A stretch of 63,925 nucleotides of DNA, filler included, from Choristocarpus tenellus KU-1152 (taxonomy: Eukaryota > Protista > Phaeophyceae), in assembly GCA_964200185.2 (NCBI GenBank). It is 10 parts of 10 records of this genome, joined end to end, with 100 filler letters (N's around TTAATTAATTAA, not from the genome) between each part and the next. Parts side by side here need not be neighbours in the genome. Positions count along the whole stretch, not along the records: positions 39,508 to 55,712 come from CAXNAD020000861.1; positions 55,813 to 61,285 come from CAXNAD020010670.1; positions 61,386 to 63,925 come from CAXNAD020026938.1; 7 more parts are not named here. One strand, written 5' to 3'. The stretch's first letter is position 1; every line of letters starts with the position of its first letter. A program made the translations under genes and the position numbers. The notes beneath the pieces were generated by a model. It was not told the origin of the DNA, searched no databases, and worked only from the letters and a program-made list of their open reading frames with translations. This document shows positions 52,001 to 62,856 of this stretch, piece by piece.

Positions 52001-54824
52001 GCCAAACGCACCCTGCCAGAAACTATTTCTCCAACAACAAGATCCTGATCGTTCTCAGCATCAATGATCTCAATATACAAGGTCATATTTTTTCCAGGAA
52101 GAAATGGAAGTTGTTACCTGACAATATTTTTAATTCATGTCATGGACCAGACATACTGACTCAAAGTATCTGGGAGGGGGGTAGAAGCTGTCCATTCAGG
52201 GCCCATTTTTTGATGTCTCGATTGTTTTGTGATTTGGTTGCATGCGTTGGATGGATAATACGAGTGCACTTTTCCTGGTAAGGACCCGAATGGACACCTT
52301 GGTTTAGACTTCCCCCCCCCCCAGATACTTTGCAACACTTCGGAATCAGGAGAGGCTCCATCGTGCCCAAAAAGACAGGTGGAGGTTTCTTTCGAAATTC
52401 GAAGCTTTGGCACATATTTTCTAGCAATAAATTCCATCAACATACAGAGAGCACTGTGGAGGTATCGATGTGTTTAATTCCGTAGCGGTATGTCAACCCA
52501 AATATGTGTAGATCGTGTTCATCTATCCAAAGGCAACCTGCTGAATTGCTTTGACCATGGGCATCTCCTCAACAGCTCCACCCTCTATTCACACTTCGTT
52601 TGCTGAGAAGCTTCAGTTGGTATATCATGATGTCTCGGTGAGATTAGGTTGTATCAAAATCTATTGCACACAAACAGTAGCACTTTCCTCTTTCAAACTG
52701 CAGTATAGTGCAATTTACCATCTCTTGCTCAGAGAGTCCCTGTGTCACTTAGTGTGTAGCACCTGCTGACCGTAGTTGTTTCCCAATCACAACTGTGGAC
52801 GGCTGTTGGAGAAATGTTGATATTTCTTGTCCTGCAAATGGAAGGTGTCTAGCCACAATCGCCTGCCCGATGTTTTATCAATATGTTTGTTGTTTTTCAG
52901 GTGTGGGATCGGAGCAAGTACATCTGCACCTTCATATATTACTCACGAATAGATGCTGGCCAACCGAAGATTAGCCCAAAGGCCGGGAACATGAACAGGT
53001 GCTTGAGGAGTGGAAGGTCAAGGCCACAACTTACGTCAACTTCTGACCAATACATCAACCCTGGCATTGTCATCATAGCTTCTCACCCATCAATTCATCC
53101 GCATACGCAAACCTCAGGGCTATTTTTAGTGTCAACCCCCAAGAGGAACCATTAATTGGAGCAGCCTCTGTGGTTGCAGTCAATGATGTGCGGCATGAAC
53201 TCCTTCCGGAATTCTTGCAACGAACAGTGCCATACCTGTTCACCTTTGACAGGAGTCGGGGGATATACAAGTGGGCCAATGTGGCTTTTGTGCAGGTTAG
53301 TCTTCGTCATGAGTGATGTTAACATTGCGAGATGGGAGAGATTGCAGACAAAACGCATCCTATTCTGGTTCATTTAAAAATTGAGCTATTCTACGCGATA
53401 AATGTTGCTTGTTGTGCCGTTAATAATGAAACTTCCATAAATACTATATCTAGAAAAGGCAAATTAATCTACATTGACATCTTATATCTCACCAACTCCA
53501 ATATTAAACCATTTTTTTTTCTTGAGAGAACGTGAGAACTGAAGATGAGGGTCGTCAGATGCTGCAATGACCTGAGTAGGGCAGCAACTTGGGTACTATT
53601 TGAGTGCTGTCCGCGAAGAGAACCTCATATTCCGAACAATCATCTGCACCATTCATATCAATGTTGCTGATCCAACACCAAAACCAATTACTTGCTCCTT
53701 TTGTGTACCTACCAAGAGCAGATTCCTCAACGTTTTCAGGATGTACAAGAGTGGAACGATCCTGATCCTCTTGGCAACCAGGCAGTGACCCAGTTTGACA
53801 TTGTAAACTGTGGAAGGGACGGCGTTGGGGGAGCACTCTCTTGTGGGCAGGGTTCGGTGTGGCGTGTGCAGGTGCATATATCTATTGTGCTCTGTTTGGC
53901 AAGGTTGTGCTTAGCCTTGTGCAGAGAAAGAAATTTCAGGGGATTGTGTTGACCTCAAGAATATCGGCTGGTCGCAGCAAATCAAACATGAGGAATCTGT
54001 AGTCGACGGGATCACAGGGGTGATGTAGCATGCAGGTCAGTAACTGGTGACGTGTAAAAGAGGGCTAATTCGAGTACTTCGTATAAGTATTATTCTACTG
54101 TAGCATCGTCCCAAGGACTAAACTACCACAACATTTCCTATCCTGAGTACGGAAGAAGCTATTGCAATCAACATTAAACCCATCAACTCGTGATATGTCG
54201 AGGGATAGGCAGTCCAGCTTCTCAGTTTACAAGTGTACTGTTTTCCTCAGTTGACTCAAGATAATAACTGCCGTCCTGGTTCAGGTTCTGAGGGATGGTA
54301 TCAGACCTGACGGTACCAAATTCATCAAAAATGGTCTATTGGAGGATCAGGTATGTGATACTATATCTATCGGCGTCTTTGTCAAGGTGGAACAACGTAG
54401 AGTAGTATGGCGTCATTGCATGCATCCATTGGTTCGTTCTGCAGTGTGATGAACGGAGACAAAGCCACAACACAGTCTGGAGTAGAAATTCTGCAAAGGC
54501 ATTAGAAGCAAATTGCAAAGGGTCAAAGTATCTGGGGGGGTGTGGCGGCTGTCCATTTGGGGCCAATTTTTTCATATCCTTATTTTTGGCTGATTTGGTT
54601 GTATACGTCGGATGGATAATGTAGATACTCCAAATGGACACCCTGGTGTAGACCTCCCCCCCCCCCCAGACACTTTGGGTCCAAAGGCGCCCATGTGTTC
54701 TCTGCGATAGGTGGGGCGTCAAGGAGGGCTGGGGTTCCGCTCAGAAGTGCTTGTGGAGGACACCCACACCTCCATTGACCTCTTCAAGCAGGGCTGGAGA
54801 TCAGTTTATATTAACTTCCCAAAG
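49018..54824 (+). CDS. Cellulose synthase-like GT2 glycosyltransferase, partial
   Basis: Ten in-phase exons: 49018-49258, 50258-50385, 50891-51002, 51343-51539, 51900-51993, 52901-52998, 53118-53295, 53722-53871, 54285-54350, 54711-54824. Motifs: YLHWRFT (TM region), VAILIPTCGE, VVVLDEKRR, KAGNMN, VNDVRH, AFVQIPQRF, SCGQG, VEDTHTS, GWRSVY. The QxxRW exon was not found on the contig. Confidence 0.92.
52158..52336 (+). mobile_element. MITE family A, full copy (intronic)
   Basis: GACTCAAAGTATCT ... AGATACTTTGCAAC; 3-bp TSD ACT/ACT. Confidence 0.9.
54520..54681 (+). mobile_element. MITE family A, internally deleted copy (intronic)
   Basis: GGGTCAAAGTATCT ... AGACACTTTGGGTC; 4-bp TSD CAAA/CAAA. 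Confidence 0.9.
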
Positions 54825-56138
54825 GTGTGCTCTGTCTGTTCAACCGGAGGGATGCAATGTTTTTGACCAAGAGATGGAGGCAATAACATTTGTGGATTCG
54901 GGCGTATTGCAATGCATCAAGGTCGAGTAGGCCATAGGCCATTTTGCTTGTGTAAGTATTGATTTTCGTATCATGTGTCCTTTTCTCTCTCAATCTTGGC
55001 ATGGCCGGTATTGTAGTTATTCTTGCATGCATCTGTCAACTATCTTCCCCATTGAGTGTGTATAACAGCACAAACTTGAGCTTTGCGCAGGAACTGCATG
55101 TTTCGCTCTTGTTGATGGCTCAATGTGTTCAAGCAGTGATCATCCAAGATTTGGACAATAGGGTGGAGTTGGTCGGCAGACCTGCCAACCATATAGAAAT
55201 AGTTGCTGTCCCAACAACTAGTACACCGGTGGTTGATGGGTGGTAGCGTCAAATGCATGTTTCCCACCATACCAGCAAACACCTCAAACGTTTACCCTAT
55301 TATTTACTCTTCATGTATTTATGAAGTAGTTAACATTTCTTTCCTTGTGTTTCCTTGGTCTGGGGATTGTCCTGACCCATGATCAGAGGCCCAACACAAT
55401 GCACTACTCCTCATACTAACTATTGACTAGCTGTTGCACTACGACTAATTGTTAGTGGGTTTCAAAATCCTAAGTGAATGCAGGTAGCTACCACCCTAAT
55501 CTCTGAGCCACAAGGACCCTATACCATCACACTGTCCCGCCGACCAGTCACCTGACCTGGGAATAAAGCAGATTGGTTGTTAGGGCACGGCATAAAAGCA
55601 GAATAGAGGATTTAAAAAAAAGTGTTGTAGCCTTTCAAACACTGAGATACTGGTAATAATTTTTGAAATCACGACATGGTGATAAATAGAAAAATAACAC
55701 TATTGCTAAAAGNNNNNNNNNNNNNNNNNNNNNNNNNNNNNNNNNNNNNNNNNNNNTTAATTAATTAANNNNNNNNNNNNNNNNNNNNNNNNNNNNNNNN
55801 NNNNNNNNNNNNCTCCTTACCACAAGACATACACCTGCTTATACAGCAATTTTCTCCTCCCCTTCCCCCCCCCCCAAAAAAGTTACACTTTGAGAGGATG
55901 AAGAAAAAGAACAGAAAAGCGTCGAGAGAGGCTCCAAGGGGAAGACAGCATCTTCAAACTGGGACTCGGATGCAAGGCACCCGAGAGAGTGTTGACACAA
56001 ACACCAACAACAGCAGTAGTTTTTCCATCTTGGTGTTCAAGCCCCTGCGGGTCGCCTACAATACCTATGGACATCAAAGTCAATTGTGGATGCAGACCAA
56101 CTTGAGCTGCAACTCCTCACTGTACCCTACTCTTCTCT

Positions 56139-57845
56139 TCACCCGTAATTGTCACCCGCTTCTCGGTTTCCGGCGGGGTCTGAATCTTGAAGGAGAAATT
56201 CAATGTATTTTTGAAGGGCCTGGCGGTAAACAGTCATGTCTTCCTGGGTTGTCCACTCATCAACATCCTCGCGCATTTGTCCTTGCCCACACTTCTCTGC
56301 ATAAAGCAGACTGGCCACACCACAGTCGAATCCAGTTTTTTGTTGCTGACGAGTAATGGCAGAATATGCCCTGGATGCCCAGCTCACTGGATGTCGTTTT
56401 CCGCCACCATATTCTCTTACCCCATTCCCCACTCCAACTGTCGTACCACTCGGTCCACCTTCCAAGGGCCACGCAGCATCGAGCCACCAGAAAACCTCCC
56501 TGGGGATATATCGGAAAACCGCACCCCCAGAAGAGGACCATCCTCCTCCTGAGGCTCCACTCCCCCCACCCCCTGCAGAGGAGGCCTTTGAGCTCTGGCG
56601 CCGAGCGGGCTTTCCCATTGGTTCAAAGAGCTGAAGCTCAGGCACAGGAACATGCTCTACTCGGAGAAGATTCCAGTGGAGGTTTTGGATGTTTGCAAGA
56701 AAGATTATAGGACGTCTTTCCCGGTAAATTATCTTTCGCCCCAGAATATCCCTTAATTCCAGGGTTTTGGGGTCTGGAGGAGGGCCCGAACGACCTCCAG
56801 CTCCACCCCCACTGCTGTCTAAGCCCATGCCACGAAGGGAGAGCGCAGCAAACTCAATCGGCATGAAGTGGACATTCAAGTAAGTGCGGGCGAATTTGGC
56901 CATGACGACATCAATGAAACCAGATGTAAGCCACGTTTTTGCATCCACTCGATCGCCTGCACACAAACCCATCAGGCTGATGGCCGCTGCTGCACCTGGT
57001 GCTACATCCTCTTCAGTTGAGAAGTCGGTCAGGCAGGTACGAAACTCTGGCGGGGACTCGGCCCATTGATAAGGCATTTGCGAGCGGGCGACTCGCACTC
57101 GCACCACATTACGCCCCTTATTCTTTCCCTCCTTATCCTCAGGTCGTTCTACAATTTCTGTGTTATTCCCACTCTGTGCATTGGAACTCAAGGATCCAGA
57201 ACCCCCCGAGACATCACTACTTGCTTCGCTGTCTGTGTCTGTCACACTTCCACATACTCCACCCCCACCTTGACCATCCCGCCAAGCCTGGGCACTCTGC
57301 GCTGAACCATCACAAGCCCACGATAAGCCATCAGTGTCCGAAACACTGGTAATACTGCTCCCACTTCCGCTCCCACTTCCGCTCCCACTGGAAAGCAAAG
57401 TTGGCGGTCCTAACGTCTGAAGGGATACTACCGCAGGAGGTGGTCCGCACAATGCCTCCTCGTCTTCCTCCGAACTATTTAGTTCTCGCTGGGCTTCACG
57501 CACTGCTGGTGATGAATTGGGAGACGTACTATATACATGACCACGCGGTCGCTTTTTGCCAGCAGTGGAAGGGATAGGGATCCCTTCCCCCACCAAACCA
57601 TGCCTTAGCCGAGCCTGGAGCTCCACCTTCTTCCGTGCGGCCGCCGAGGTATCATTCCAAGGTGCGACTATCGCAGGGGAGGGGTCGAACCGGGCGACAG
57701 TTCGTCGCGATCTCGACATGCGTGACTGGACAAGTGGATTGCGGCAAACGGGACAACGGTCTTTATCAACCCACAGAGAATCACAAAATTTTTGGGGGTA
57801 TAGAAGCGAGCATATGGAAGAAGTTTTTATCCCTTGGGGTATCAA
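56139..57845 (-). CDS. Ulp1/SENP-like (clan CE, C48) cysteine protease with N-terminal RING-like CPVCR motif; true start upstream and unresolved
   Basis: 568-codon open frame containing WLTSGFIDVVM, NLHWNLL, LFEPMG and QQKTGFDCGVASL; N-terminal FCDSLW..DRCPVCR; basic NLS-like KKRPR; Ser/Gly-rich linkers. Confidence 0.85.
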   Translation of the reverse strand: MIPQGIKTSSICSLLYPQKFCDSLWVDKDRCPVCRNPLVQSRMSRSRRTVARFDPSPAIVAPWNDTSAAARKKVELQARLRHGLVGEGIPIPSTAGKKRPRGHVYSTSPNSSPAVREAQRELNSSEEDEEALCGPPPAVVSLQTLGPPTLLSSGSGSGSGSGSSITSVSDTDGLSWACDGSAQSAQAWRDGQGGGGVCGSVTDTDSEASSDVSGGSGSLSSNAQSGNNTEIVERPEDKEGKNKGRNVVRVRVARSQMPYQWAESPPEFRTCLTDFSTEEDVAPGAAAAISLMGLCAGDRVDAKTWLTSGFIDVVMAKFARTYLNVHFMPIEFAALSLRGMGLDSSGGGAGGRSGPPPDPKTLELRDILGRKIIYRERRPIIFLANIQNLHWNLLRVEHVPVPELQLFEPMGKPARRQSSKASSAGGGGSGASGGGWSSSGGAVFRYIPREVFWWLDAAWPLEGGPSGTTVGVGNGVREYGGGKRHPVSWASRAYSAITRQQQKTGFDCGVASLLYAEKCGQGQMREDVDEWTTQEDMTVYRQALQKYIEFLLQDSDPAGNREAGDNYG

Positions 57846-58717
57846 GACTTCAAGAAGAGGGACCCTTCGAACTCACATCATTCGGGACAGTGATTTGAAG
57901 CACATGTGAAGGATCAACGGATATCGCGAAATCACCGTTCGGGAGCGCAAGAGAAGAACACGAGACATCCTAACGTACAAAGACATGTCGAAACGCATGT
58001 GGCCTCGAAGACACTCAAGCATTTCTCTGAATCTTTTTCACAATCGGCTTGAGAGAAGTCATTATGGGTGGGTGCGTGCGTAACCATACTTCTCTCACCT
58101 GGCGATAATCAACAATAGTGTCCTCTAAGATGATGGCCACCTCCTTCCAGCAGGACCAAGGACGGCTTGGGTAGAGGATCTGACTCTCAAGTGAAACACT
58201 CTTGGTCGCGATATTTTTCCTAAAGCCCGTTGTGTTCTGGTACGTTCACCTTCCTCCTTGACCGGAAGGACTCTTTCAGGAATTATTTCGCACGTCGAGA
58301 TCAGCAACAAACGCTGTTGATACAAGGAACCCCAACAAAGTGTTCACCGGCTTGCAGGAGTTCTTCAGCTAGGTTCTAAAACTGCACGGTTGTGTCTTGA
58401 ACGAGGAGATCGCACAGCAACCACCACCAAGTCCTCACAGAAAGCAAGAGTTCTACAACTCGATAAAAACGAGAATAAATTAGTTATAAAATCCTTTGAA
58501 GTTCGAGTCTTTGTTATTGAATAATTTAGTAAAACTGGACCTAAACAAAAGATTGGGGCAAAACATTGGGATCCAAGAATGTAACGGTAATCTGACAGTG
58601 CAAAGAATTAATTGATTGTGTGTGTTGTGATATTGCTGAGTACACAACAAATTGTGAGTTCCTACACACATGTCCTGTTGTCTGTCGTTAGGGCACGTTT
58701 GAATTCTCCATTTCCAA

Positions 58718-60417
58718 ATGGAGCAGCACCCAACTCGGGAAGGTTTGGAGAGATGGGGACTCTCTTCCGGCAACAAGATGGTGGTTAGTTTGGTGGTTTT
58801 GACGGTGGGTTCACCAGCATCTTGTTTTCAACACACATCGAGAGCTCCATACCCTACCAGGTGGCAACTTGTAGATTTTTCAGAGCGCCTTCTCATTCGA
58901 AGTATTAAACGCCGTTTATTCAGTAGCAAGTATCTTCCGACTCCAACCGAAGAACCTGATGTGATTGCCACAGATGTTCAGATACATCTCCACCTCACTC
59001 TCGCTTGTGCTTGCTCCTATGCCGTAGTGCTGTCGATCATGTCGCTGTGCTGTGGTGTCTCGCGTTATTCTTGGTCGCGGTGGTACATCATTAGTCCTAG
59101 CCAATGCATTGTAAATTGCTTTTGTTTGCAAAGTTGACTGTGGCAGATAGCCTCACCACCTAATGATCGTCTTGAGCATGGGTATTGTTGATGCATTGAC
59201 GTTTTTGCAGCGACCGGAGTGACCCTTGCAAGTGCATGTGTACAAGGCTCAGTTGATGTCAAAACTACCAAAATTCCTTACCCTGACCTTATCTGCGTTG
59301 TCAGACCATTGACCAGGCGGCTATGTTCACAGATGATGAGTGGAGATACTGGCAACAAAACGCCGACCACGGCAAAGAAGAAGGCTGTTGTCGTGGGCGG
59401 TGGATGGGCTGGATTCGGTGCAGCTAAGGCTCTCACTGAATCGGGGATATATGATGTCACTCTCTTGGATGCCAATCCCAATCTCGGAGGACTCTCTGCT
59501 GGCTGGAGGACCCCAGGAGGGCGGGCTGTGGAAGCCGGTGAGCCACTGTTGCGAGGTCGAACAGGACAAGACCTCTTCTCTCTGGCTGATGCGTCGTAAT
59601 TGACCTCTCGAGCGTTTCTTATACTCCACTGAGGGGTGAAAGATTCACGGTGTGCTTTGATGTCCTCTAAATGAGTGCCGAAGCTATGCTCTCCCTTTGT
59701 TTGAAGCGTAATAGAAGAGGCATCTGGAACCCACCTTGTCCAAAATATGTGGAAATTGTATATTTTCACCAAAAAGTGGAGTTCTCGTCAAAACAATTTC
59801 TCTCTCGTGCACAGCACACTTCTACCGCTCATCCCATTTGACACGAATCCAGCAATTTCCAGCTGCACCGGACAGACCCACTGTTTTGCACACTCATGCG
59901 CAGACTTGACATGCTTAAAGCTCTATCCTTCCTTAGGCATCCCAACAAAAACGTAAAGCAAAAAGAATGATCCATTGCACTCATCTCTCTCCGCAAACCT
60001 GTTGCACAGCGAGATGCAAGAGACAGATCTCTAGAGATCCAGATCAATGAAGGAGGCTCCTACCCTCTCCTTTTCCGTTTGTATTTCCATGACCCTCCCC
60101 ATACCACCTCTAGGGAAGACCCATCCTCCTCCCACACTGCTGTGACTAGCATAGAAGCCTCTCTTCCACCACATCAATGTATACAACTTGGCCCCCTGAT
60201 CCTGACCATGACATCAACCCTAATCTTTCCCCCCACCCGACTGCCTCAATTCCTGCCCCTCTTCTGTACTTGTGTTGGTTGAATTTATTTTCGAAAGGTA
60301 TCAAGGGGTTTTGGTGGTCGTACCCAAATATCTATAACCTTGTACAGAACGAGTTGGGCTTGGACAATGTCTTCACCGATTGGACCGGGAGCAGCTTCTA
60401 CTCCCCAGAGGGGCTAC

Positions 60418-60471
<54 letters not shown>

Positions 60472-61250
60472 GTGTGTCTTCTGTTTGGAAGTGGGGGCGG
60501 ATACGTATATAGTTGCTTCACAATGAATCCCACCTCTACATAGGGAATGGTGACCAGTCTCACAAAGGGTACAATTTTGAACCCTTCCATGATGTAGTTG
60601 GTGTCCTTGTTCGTAACCTACCACACAAAGTTTTCAGCTGTGCATGATCCACAGTACTCCCTCTACAACCTTCACCACTGCACCTGCACACTGTTACAAC
60701 AACCCCTGCAACAAGTCAACCATCATCCCCAAAAGGCGCTAACCTAACCCCATCCCAAGATTAAGATTGCGATTAAGGTGCCCAATATATATGTAGCTGT
60801 ATTATTTCTACCCCCAACGAAACAGCCTATCTCGGGGTGCTTTTCGACTCCTCCAATCCTAATCTTACAAATTATTTTCTTCTTGTGCGCTTCATTCCTA
60901 ATCTCAACAGTCGCTCGCCAGTCAACCCTAGCGCTTCCGCCCGCTCAAGACGCCTCCTAACAACGCACAACAATGTCTCCTAACGGCCCCCTCCCGGTCG
61001 CGGTTTGTTGCTCTCTCTTCTTACCAAAGGTCGAGGCTCCAGTCCTCCACCGACTGCCGCCCTTCCCTGCCCCGCTGGGCATGTTCAGACACACGTTCAA
61101 CCTCTTCACCTCGCTGCCTGTGGCGGACAGGCTCTCGATGATGCCGCTGCTCTACGCCGTGATTGACCACACGCGGGACGAGCGTACGTATGCGGCCTAT
61201 GACTCTATGACCGCGAGGGAGTTATTTCGGAGGGGAGGCGTGTCCAAGAG
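58718..61250 (+). CDS. Plastid-targeted FAD-dependent oxidoreductase (amine oxidase / carotene desaturase superfamily), 5' part
   Basis: In-phase exons 58718-58860, 59305-59537, 60298-60419 and 61030-61250. Rossmann motif VVVGGGWAGFGAA, then LGGLSAGWRTPGGRAVEAGIKGFWWSYPNI, YSPEGLQVEAP and YDSMTARELF. Hydrophobic signal segment followed by ASCF. Confidence 0.88.
60420..60477. repeat. (GT)n microsatellite starting at a splice donor
   Basis: CAG|GTGTGT... run. Confidence 0.95.
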
Positions 61251-61649
61251 GTCTGTCTCTCTCTCTCTCTCTCTCTTCCCCCCCCNNNNNNNNNNNNNNN
61301 NNNNNNNNNNNNNNNNNNNNNNNNNNNNNTTAATTAATTAANNNNNNNNNNNNNNNNNNNNNNNNNNNNNNNNNNNNNNNNNNNNCCCCCCCCCCCTCTT
61401 TGGTGAGAAATCTCAATGGGTAAGTAAGTATTAGTACATAATGTTGCCTTCTGACTCTAGACTCATGTACATATATCTATATATGTACACACCCAATGAA
61501 AGAAACTAAGACATTACATATCCACTTAAAATATAAGACCCTTGTACACAGAGAGAACATTTGTAGTGTTTTGTGCAATTAAAAGTATACAGAGAGTCCC
61601 TGCTTCCCCCCCCGCTCTCCATGCCACCGTTTTTCAAATATATTTGAAG

Positions 61650-62818
61650 GCCCCGGCTTACATTGGGGAGATGTCACCAGCAGAAGTGCGAGGGGTTTTG
61701 GTATCAATGAAGGAAGCGATGATCGTCTTGGGCATCCTCCTGGGTTACCTTGTTGGGTATGTCCTGGAAGACCGGGTGGGAGGGTGGCGATGGACATATG
61801 GGGTGAGCATGGTACCATCAATTGGAATGGGAGTGGGGATGTACTTCATGCCACCGTCGGCGAGGTAAATAAAAAATATAAAAAGTGTAACTGAAATGAA
61901 GTGTGCAGAGATAGAATTATTACAAACAAAAATGTATATATATATATGTAGAGAGAGAGATGTATATTTTATTTTTTATTTTTTTATTTTTTGTGGGAGA
62001 GTGTGAGTGAGTGTGTTGGACAGAACTGACTGGTGAGAAGGGGGGAATAAGAACACTCACCTCGGGGAGGTGTTAGGGACGTACGGGTTTGTTTTTGTTG
62101 TGTAGGGCGTAGATGGAGTTTTTGCAAAAAGTGGAGAGGCGTTTGATCTCGTGCGTTGCGTGGTGTGCCCAAGAGTGCAGAGCTTTCAGTCACTTCCTTC
62201 CCAGTGGAGTATCTTTTTTGGGAACACCTAAGTTTGAAACAAGGCGGAGCCGGGACTTGAGAAGGGGTGCAAGAAAGAGATCGGGCAGCCCTGGGCCTGG
62301 CCCTGGTGCTAACCCCCCCTTGAAAAAAATATAAAGCGAGTGTGACTTTGATATCGAGGCACATTCAAATTTTCTTTTCTTTTTTTATCACTGAAAAAAA
62401 ATATATAGTTCATAATTTTCAGCGCAACGTGCATACCATTATTATTTTTATATATATATTATTATTATCATATTTTGCTCTTTTCCACTTCCTTGTTGCT
62501 GTAGATGTGTCAGAAATGAGGTACGGTTTGATTGGTCGATCTGAGGTACTTTTTTGGATGAGTTGGGTGTTTTTCAAATTGAGCGGTGGGTGCGTTTTTT
62601 TTTAAAGGTGACCGATGGTGTCAGGATTGTGTCCCCGGAATACTTTTTTGTTACATAAAATAAAGAAATAAAATGAACCGATTTCGTCGCCCGTGGGGAG
62701 ATTGAGGTAGTGCACTCGCAAAAGAATGAATGCTGAAGGAATAAATGCTGAGGAGGAAAAAGCATTTTGGGCGCATGATGTCTTGTGATGCTTTTGTTTT
62801 GCGAGATTGTATCATTCC

Positions 62819-62856
<38 letters not shown>

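Noticed and set aside
12251-54681. Repeats as a CRISPR-like array or RAG/Transib elements
   Set aside because: The copies are dispersed, occur in both orientations and have TIRs and TSDs, with no repeat-spacer array or cas genes. The termini are not CAC and the TSDs are not 5 bp.
57783-57800. CCCCCAAAAATTTT slippery-looking run as a programmed frameshift in the protease 5' region
   Set aside because: An in-frame splice model exists without a frameshift; cannot be supported without transcripts.
9754-61385. Nine recurring TTAATTAATTAA motifs within N runs
   Set aside because: Artificial six-frame-stop linkers of identical 100-bp design; not biological. They also invalidate any gene-cluster reading across contigs (e.g. 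GT18 + GT2 + sugar porter).
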